64,000 nucleotides of DNA from an uncultured Micavibrio sp. (GTDB lineage Bacteria; Pseudomonadota; Alphaproteobacteria; Micavibrionales; Micavibrionaceae). Every line of letters begins with the position of its first letter. Positions within the stretch are counted from its first letter, which is position 1. The stretch is taken from assembly GCA_964587815.1 (NCBI GenBank), contig CAZPMH010000001.1, forward strand, positions 140,857 through 204,856, written 5' to 3'. The notes under the pieces were generated by a model. The model saw only the letters and a program-made list of their open reading frames with translations. It searched no databases and was not told where the DNA came from. Positions 58,500-64,000 of the stretch are shown here, in pieces. The position numbers were made by a program, and so were the translations under genes.

Positions 58500-59945
58500 T
58501 TGGACTTTCGGCCCATATTATACGTAAACGGTATTCTCCTCTCCGTCCTTTCTTTGAGCATGGTGTTTCCGATGCTTGCCGATTTATATTTCGGGTATGA
58601 CGATTGGAAAGTCTTCATGTCGTGTATCATCATCACAGGCTTTTTCGGTGGTGCGCTTATCCTCAGCAATATGGGGCATCGTTATGATAATGTGACCACA
58701 CGACAAGCGTTTTTACTGACCAACTCCGCTTGGTTCTTTCTGCCGACATTTGGGGCTTTGCCGTTTTGGCTTTCATCGCTCGATATGTCCTTTACGGATT
58801 CGTTTTTTGAAGCGATGTCAGGTATTACCACAACAGGATCGACCGTTATTGTCGGGCTCGATTACACGCCCGCAGGCATTTTGCTCTGGCGTGCCATTCT
58901 GCAGTGGCTTGGCGGTATCGGGATTATTATTATGGCGATGTCTGTTCTTCCGTTTTTGAAAGTTGGGGGGATGCAGATTTTTATTGCCGAAATGTCCGAG
59001 GACGAAAAAGCCCTGCCCCGCGCAGCGCAGCTCGCCAGCTTTATTATGGTCATCTATGTTATTTTGACAGGCATTTGCGCCTTATTTTACATGTTGGTCG
59101 GCATGGAGATTTTTGATGCTGTTGCGCACGCCATGACAACCATCGCCACGGGTGGTTTTTCGACGTTCGATGCATCATTTAGTCATTATACAAACCCAAG
59201 TGCTGAAATTGTCGCAACGATCTTCATGATTATGGGCGGTATACCCTTCGTTCTGTACCTAAAAGCCGTGCGTGGTGATATTAAGCCATTATTTAAAGAT
59301 TCTCAGGTGCGGTGGTTTATTTCTATTCTCGCCATCACGATTACGGCGATGACTATTTACCTTTACCACACGCAAGGAATGAGTGTTTTGGAAGGGTTTC
59401 GACGGTCTTCTTTTAACATTGTCTCCGTCATGACAGGGACAGGTTATGGCAGCGGTGATTTTAACGCATGGGGCGGTTTTGCGGTTAGTTTGTTCTTCTT
59501 TCTCATGGTTGTTGGCGCCTGTGCGGGTTCAACTTCATGCGGGATTAAGCTGTTCCGTTTTCAGGTTTTGTATAGTGTTACAAAAATTCAGATCAATAAG
59601 CTGTTGCACCCGAATGGTGTGTTTATTCCGCATTATAACGGCAAGCCGATGCCGAAGGATGTTCCGGGCTCGGTTATGGGATTTTTCTTTATCTATGCGT
59701 TAGGCTTTTCATTCCTGGCGATCGCCCTGTCTTTCGTGGGGTTGGACTTTATCACTGCGATGTCAGGCGCGGCGACCTCCATATCTAATGTAGGGCCCGG
59801 GTTAGGGCCAATAATCGGCCCAACAGGGAATTTTCAGCCCCTGCCAGACAGTGCTAAGTGGATTCTATGCGCAGGCATGTTGCTCGGTCGCTTAGAGCTG
59901 TTTACGATTTTGGTTATGCTGTCACCGCATTTTTGGAAGAATTAA
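58500..59945 (+). CDS. trkH: TrkH-family potassium uptake protein
   Basis: 481 aa, polytopic. Repeated selectivity-filter-like motifs (SGITTTGST, TIATGGFST, MTGTGYGS, ISNVGPGLG). TTG start. Confidence 0.9.
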   Translation: MDFRPILYVNGILLSVLSLSMVFPMLADLYFGYDDWKVFMSCIIITGFFGGALILSNMGHRYDNVTTRQAFLLTNSAWFFLPTFGALPFWLSSLDMSFTDSFFEAMSGITTTGSTVIVGLDYTPAGILLWRAILQWLGGIGIIIMAMSVLPFLKVGGMQIFIAEMSEDEKALPRAAQLASFIMVIYVILTGICALFYMLVGMEIFDAVAHAMTTIATGGFSTFDASFSHYTNPSAEIVATIFMIMGGIPFVLYLKAVRGDIKPLFKDSQVRWFISILAITITAMTIYLYHTQGMSVLEGFRRSSFNIVSVMTGTGYGSGDFNAWGGFAVSLFFFLMVVGACAGSTSCGIKLFRFQVLYSVTKIQINKLLHPNGVFIPHYNGKPMPKDVPGSVMGFFFIYALGFSFLAIALSFVGLDFITAMSGAATSISNVGPGLGPIIGPTGNFQPLPDSAKWILCAGMLLGRLELFTILVMLSPHFWKN

Positions 59946-59955
59946 TCTCCGATTC

Positions 59956-60534
59956 TCAAAGCACTTTGAATTTTCTTAAAAGATTTTCACGTATGGCGAT
60001 ATCCAGATCATCCAGCATTTCATCTACGGCTTGGAATTGCCCTGCTTCGCGCTCAGCCAAAGTCAGATGTTCGGATTGTTTAATCACACGCTTTATTCTA
60101 AGAACGGTCACATCGCGTTCAATCGTCTGCGTACCTAATATCTCAAACGCAATTTCTGCCGTTATTGTGTAGATGTCTTGCTCGTCTAGAGTGAGAACAG
60201 CAGCGACTGCGTTGCCTGATTCCTCTTTGTTATAATCAATCGTGACCGATTGAATATAGGCCTTCAGTTTTCCAATATTACCAGATGGCTGAAAACGTTT
60301 TGCCAGATAGCCGTAAATGGCTTGCTCAGGATTTACGTCCAAGCCTTTTGGCAGGACGATTGGGTTATTCTCTGCAAAGGACGCGTATTGATATGAGGCG
60401 ACATTGACGGGATAGCTTTTCGCTGCATTAAAGGTCATATCCTCAGTTTCAGTCGTTTTCGTGGTGAATGCCGCGCAGGAGAGGAGCAAAAGCGGTAATG
60501 TAAGTACGGCTAAGCGTTTGACATTATTCATCAT
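59956..60534 (-). CDS. hypothetical lipoprotein
   Basis: Lipobox LLLLSC after a basic N-terminus. No recognisable domain. 11-nt overlap with the end of hslO. Confidence 0.55.
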   Translation of the reverse strand: MMNNVKRLAVLTLPLLLLSCAAFTTKTTETEDMTFNAAKSYPVNVASYQYASFAENNPIVLPKGLDVNPEQAIYGYLAKRFQPSGNIGKLKAYIQSVTIDYNKEESGNAVAAVLTLDEQDIYTITAEIAFEILGTQTIERDVTVLRIKRVIKQSEHLTLAEREAGQFQAVDEMLDDLDIAIRENLLRKFKVL

Positions 60535-61480
60535 GGTTTTGATTTTCCTTCATTTTGGTGAGCATTTTTTCAACCGCGTTGCGATCAAATTCGTATTGTT
60601 TACTGCAAAATTCACATGTCATCGTGATCTTTCCATCTACGGTGACATAGTCGATATCATCAGGTGTCAGCGTATACAGAACATTCTTCACGCGTTCTTC
60701 ATCGCAGCGGCAGTTTTTTTGTATTGGTTTCGGATCGTAGATGCGTACACCCTCTTCGTGAAATAGTCTGAAAAGAAGCTCTTCTACTGTTAAGTCAGGG
60801 CTTAAGAGCTCGTCATCGGTACAGCTGTCTAATAAAACCATTGCCCTACGCCAATCATCTTCACGCACGTTTCCCGCACCGGCCTCAGAATTTTTTTGAT
60901 CTTCAGGCATATGTTGGAGCATGATTGCAGCGCTCCGCCACTTTCCGTCGCGTTCACCGATGGCCATTTTGATGCCTGTACCGATTTGTTCGGATTGCGC
61001 GAAATAATGCTGTACGCATTCGACCAATGATGCACCGTTCAATTCGACAATGCCCTGATAGCGATCAGTATGTGCGCCCTGATCAACGGTGAAGGCAATG
61101 TAGCCCTTTCCCAGATATTGCGCGAGATGGTTTTGATCGCCCTCTACTGTTTTCAAGGCGGAGAGATGTTCCCTCGAGTTTTGGAAACGTTCAGAGTCAA
61201 AAGACGCGCAGGCACGTACATCACCGTTACTGGCAAGATCGGAGACAAGCATTTTTAAAGGTCCGTCACCTTGTGCCTGTAATGTAAAGATTCCTTCATA
61301 TTTTAACATGGATGACAATGCGACAGCCAAAGTTGCCGTTTCACCAACCAGATGCGCAATGGGTAGCGGGTAATTATGTGCTTCTAAAATTTCATCTATG
61401 ACGGTTTCAAGATGGACGATGCGCCCGCGAATTGACGAGGCCTCTAATTGAAACGTTTTGTAGAAGTTTTCATCTGACAT
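60524..61480 (-). CDS. hslO: Hsp33-family redox-regulated chaperone
   Basis: C-terminal zinc centre CRCDEERV...CEFCSKQY (CxC...CxxC) and an N-terminal Hsp33 core. Confidence 0.9.
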   Translation of the reverse strand: MSDENFYKTFQLEASSIRGRIVHLETVIDEILEAHNYPLPIAHLVGETATLAVALSSMLKYEGIFTLQAQGDGPLKMLVSDLASNGDVRACASFDSERFQNSREHLSALKTVEGDQNHLAQYLGKGYIAFTVDQGAHTDRYQGIVELNGASLVECVQHYFAQSEQIGTGIKMAIGERDGKWRSAAIMLQHMPEDQKNSEAGAGNVREDDWRRAMVLLDSCTDDELLSPDLTVEELLFRLFHEEGVRIYDPKPIQKNCRCDEERVKNVLYTLTPDDIDYVTVDGKITMTCEFCSKQYEFDRNAVEKMLTKMKENQNHDE

Positions 61481-61504
61481 GGTTTTTCTCGTATCACCCG
61501 ATCT

Positions 61505-62305
61505 TTAAGATTTAACTTTGTAGCCCGATTTTATCATTTTGTAGCACAGGAATGTCAGCCCTCCGTTGCATGCAAATAACAGTATCAGCCCAAATATAAT
61601 ATTGCCGTCAGATTGCCCTGTGAAGCCATAGCGGAAGCCGTCTATCATATAAAAGAACGGGTTTAGCAACGCCATGTCCTGCCATATTCCTGGCAAAACT
61701 TGAATAGAGTAGAACGTGCCGGACAAAAAGGTGAGCGGCGTGACAACGAAATTTGTAACCGCTGCAATATGATCAAACTTTTCTGACCATATCCCTGCGG
61801 CGATGCCGATTGTGCCGAGCATGTACGTGCCCAAAACAGCGAATAAGACCACTGCCCATACGGCGTGCATGCCCATGGGGGCGAACATAGATAGGACAAG
61901 CGTGGTCAGAACGCCGACTGTTAACCCCCGTGTTACTGCACCGGTGGCGTATCCTGTTAGGATTTCGCCTGCAGATAAAGGCGGCATAAGGACATCGACA
62001 ATGTTGCCTTGCACTTTTGAGATGACAAGCGATGAGGAGGTGTTTGCAAATGAATTTTGAACCATTGTCATCATGATCAAGCCCGGTGCGAGAAAGGCCA
62101 GAAACGATATTCCGTTCATCTCGCGGTCTGCGCCGCCGAATGCCAATGCAAAGACTGTGTAGTACATAAGTGTTGTCACGGTTGGTGCGATGATTGTCTG
62201 AGTATAGACATTCACAAAACGCAAAACTTCACGCTTTACCAGCGTGTAAAGGCCGATTTTATTGATGCCGTTTACTTTTTTATCGTGTGAAAATTGATTT
62301 GCCAT
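61505..62305 (-). CDS. ABC-2 type transporter permease
   Basis: 266 aa, six TM segments, ABC2_membrane pattern. No ATPase gene adjacent. Confidence 0.8.
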   Translation of the reverse strand: MANQFSHDKKVNGINKIGLYTLVKREVLRFVNVYTQTIIAPTVTTLMYYTVFALAFGGADREMNGISFLAFLAPGLIMMTMVQNSFANTSSSLVISKVQGNIVDVLMPPLSAGEILTGYATGAVTRGLTVGVLTTLVLSMFAPMGMHAVWAVVLFAVLGTYMLGTIGIAAGIWSEKFDHIAAVTNFVVTPLTFLSGTFYSIQVLPGIWQDMALLNPFFYMIDGFRYGFTGQSDGNIIFGLILLFACNGGLTFLCYKMIKSGYKVKS

Positions 62306-62346
62306 GAAGGAGCCTGTAGCATGCGTTTTAGGAGTATTTTTTCAAT

Positions 62347-63045
62347 ATGTCATACAATACGCCAGAGACGTCAAATATCAAGGCTGAAAACGATTTTGCT
62401 TCAGATGGCCGAGAAACAGATGCCTCTAAGCCACGCTACAAAAAGCGTACGCCGCGGCGCCCGCGTAAAATCACGAAAAGTTATCTGCATAATTCAGGTT
62501 TGTATTATCTGGAACGTTTTGCCGCCAGTAAGGCGCACTTTAAAACCGTTATGAAACGTAAGGTTAAACGCTCTTGCTTGTATCATACAGATCAGGATTA
62601 TGATGAATGTGCAGAGATGGTGGATGCGCTGGCCGATAAATTCGAAGAATTGGGCTTACTCAATGATGCGCTTTACACGAGGGGCTGTGTTGAGGGGTTT
62701 CGGCGGCGCGGGCTTTCGCGTTCTGCCATTTTGAACAAAATGCGCGTCAAAGGTATTGACCGCGATGCAACGCTTGAAGTTTTGAATCATATTGATGCGG
62801 AAGTTTATGATGGCGAAGACTTATCTGAAAAGCGGTCAGCACTAAAGCTGGCACGTAAGAAGAAGCTCGGCCCTTATGTTGTGGAAGGCACAACCGATCA
62901 TTTGGATGATGATGAGAAACGAAAGGCGCAGCAACGTGCGCTTGGGGCATTTGCGCGTGCGGGGTTTTCCTATGCACTTTCACGGTGGGTTTTGGATTTG
63001 ATGCCAGAGGATTTAGACGAGTTGGATATTGATCTATTGCGATAG
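62347..63045 (+). CDS. recX: regulatory protein RecX
   Basis: Three-helix-repeat pattern (YLERFAAS...L......V..L...GLLND..Y...) preceded by a basic extension of about 55 aa. Confidence 0.75.
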   Translation: MSYNTPETSNIKAENDFASDGRETDASKPRYKKRTPRRPRKITKSYLHNSGLYYLERFAASKAHFKTVMKRKVKRSCLYHTDQDYDECAEMVDALADKFEELGLLNDALYTRGCVEGFRRRGLSRSAILNKMRVKGIDRDATLEVLNHIDAEVYDGEDLSEKRSALKLARKKKLGPYVVEGTTDHLDDDEKRKAQQRALGAFARAGFSYALSRWVLDLMPEDLDELDIDLLR

Positions 63046-63052
63046 GTGAAAT

Positions 63053-64000
63053 CTAAGCATTTTCGTTGTCAGCGTTTACGTCATACCGAACAACCCGGTT
63101 TGCAGGGAAGATAATGGTGACTGTTGTACCAATTGATTTTTCCGACAATACATCGATACGCCCATCATGGATGCCCATAACAGCTTGTGCCAATGGCAAT
63201 CCGAGACCTGTTCCTGAACTGGCACGATCAAGGGCGTTGTCGATTTGACCGAAAGGCGTGAGAGCTTTGCGAATTTCATCTGCGTTCATGCCGACGCCCG
63301 TATCGGAGATTGAGAAACGGAATGCACCATCGCTGTCTTCGTTCGAGAAAATGGTGATGCGGCCGTTTTCGGGGGTATACTTAATCGCGTTTGCGTAAAT
63401 GTTACCGAGCACCTGTTTGATGGAGACTTCTTCGCCGATAATGTTCGGCAAGCTTTTTACATCGTTAATTAAGACGATGTTCTTTTCTTTAATTCGCGCA
63501 CTATACAGGTCCATACAGCTTTCAAGTACGTTCTTAAATGAGAATTCGCTTTCATTCAGATCGCGCTTTCCTGCCTCGATTTTTGAGATGTCCAATATCT
63601 CGCTGATGATTTTGAGGAGGCCTTGGCCGCTTTTGTGGATGTCAGTCACATATTCTTTATATACCTCCTGCCCTAGCGGCCCCATCACCTCGTTTTTCAT
63701 GATGTCCGAAAACCCGATGATTGCGTTAAGCGGTGTACGCAATTCATGACTCATATTGGCGATAAATTCGGTTTTTGTGCGGCTGGCGATATCGGATTCA
63801 ATTTTGGCTTCCATTAGGGCAATGTCGGCTTCTTTCCTTTTCGTGATATCCTCCATCGACCCTTCAAAGTAAAGAAGATTTCCGCTTTCATCTTTAACGG
63901 CACGTACATTTTCCAGAACCCATATTTTAGTGCCGTCCTTTTTGGTCACTTGGTTTTCATAGCCGAAGATTTGCTCATGAACCATGAGGGTTTTGATAAA
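63053..64000 (-). CDS. PAS-domain sensor histidine kinase (5' end outside the window)
   Basis: H-box MSHELRTPLNAI. N, G1 and G2 boxes (NAIKYT, DTGVGM, GTGLGL). The reading frame stays open to position 64000, so the N-terminus is missing. Confidence 0.85.
   Translation of the reverse strand, partial: FIKTLMVHEQIFGYENQVTKKDGTKIWVLENVRAVKDESGNLLYFEGSMEDITKRKEADIALMEAKIESDIASRTKTEFIANMSHELRTPLNAIIGFSDIMKNEVMGPLGQEVYKEYVTDIHKSGQGLLKIISEILDISKIEAGKRDLNESEFSFKNVLESCMDLYSARIKEKNIVLINDVKSLPNIIGEEVSIKQVLGNIYANAIKYTPENGRITIFSNEDSDGAFRFSISDTGVGMNADEIRKALTPFGQIDNALDRASSGTGLGLPLAQAVMGIHDGRIDVLSEKSIGTTVTIIFPANRVVRYDVNADNENA

Overview
This window looks like a chromosomal core segment of an unidentified alphaproteobacterium. 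The assignment is an inference from synteny: rpmF-plsX-fabH-ihfA-merR, tmk-holB, nrdR-ribD-ribE-ribB-ribH-nusB, an ECF sigma/NrsF pair, and NDUFS4-like and Cbp3-like genes. G+C is moderate, roughly 45-55% in hand-counted lines, with a few clearly AT-rich patches. I can support about 72 protein-coding genes, 4 tRNAs (Ser-TGA, Pro-GGG, Pro-TGG, Arg-TCT), a few rho-independent terminators, and a programmed +1 frameshift in prfB. I found no rRNA, CRISPR array, IS element, integrase, transposase or prophage gene.

Positions 1-18.9 kb are one uninterrupted minus-strand gene string: cell-wall enzymes, lipid and ribosomal genes, the riboflavin operon, and glyA. The rest mixes housekeeping genes (hemB, parC, recO, folPK, ilvD, pfk, purEK, fumC, prfB, hslO, recX) with envelope genes (AsmA, OmpA-like, LdtD/MepK-like, BamE), a motAB stator pair, and a PHB cluster (phaB-phaA-phaC-like / phaR).

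No recognisable defence or mobile system is present, and most of the window is ordinary. These uncharacterised loci merit a second look:
- a translationally coupled pair of membrane bPH_2 proteins (36.3-37.4 kb)
- a very acidic 354-aa orphan protein next to a membrane-anchored Sel1-repeat protein (22.9-25.1 kb)
- an AT-rich single-gene islet abutting tRNA-Arg (47.7-48.7 kb)
- a secreted Q-rich coiled-coil protein built from exact 49-residue (147-nt) tandem units (53.1-55.0 kb)
- an Ldh_2 / aspartate-dehydrogenase-like / histidine-phosphatase operon (28.2-30.7 kb)
- a short class III/IV-type PhaC with no partner subunit
- a DJ-1/PfpI homologue lacking the catalytic Cys
- a RibB-RibA fusion whose GTP-cyclohydrolase half has lost its zinc cysteines

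All homology statements come from motif recognition by eye. No database search was run.
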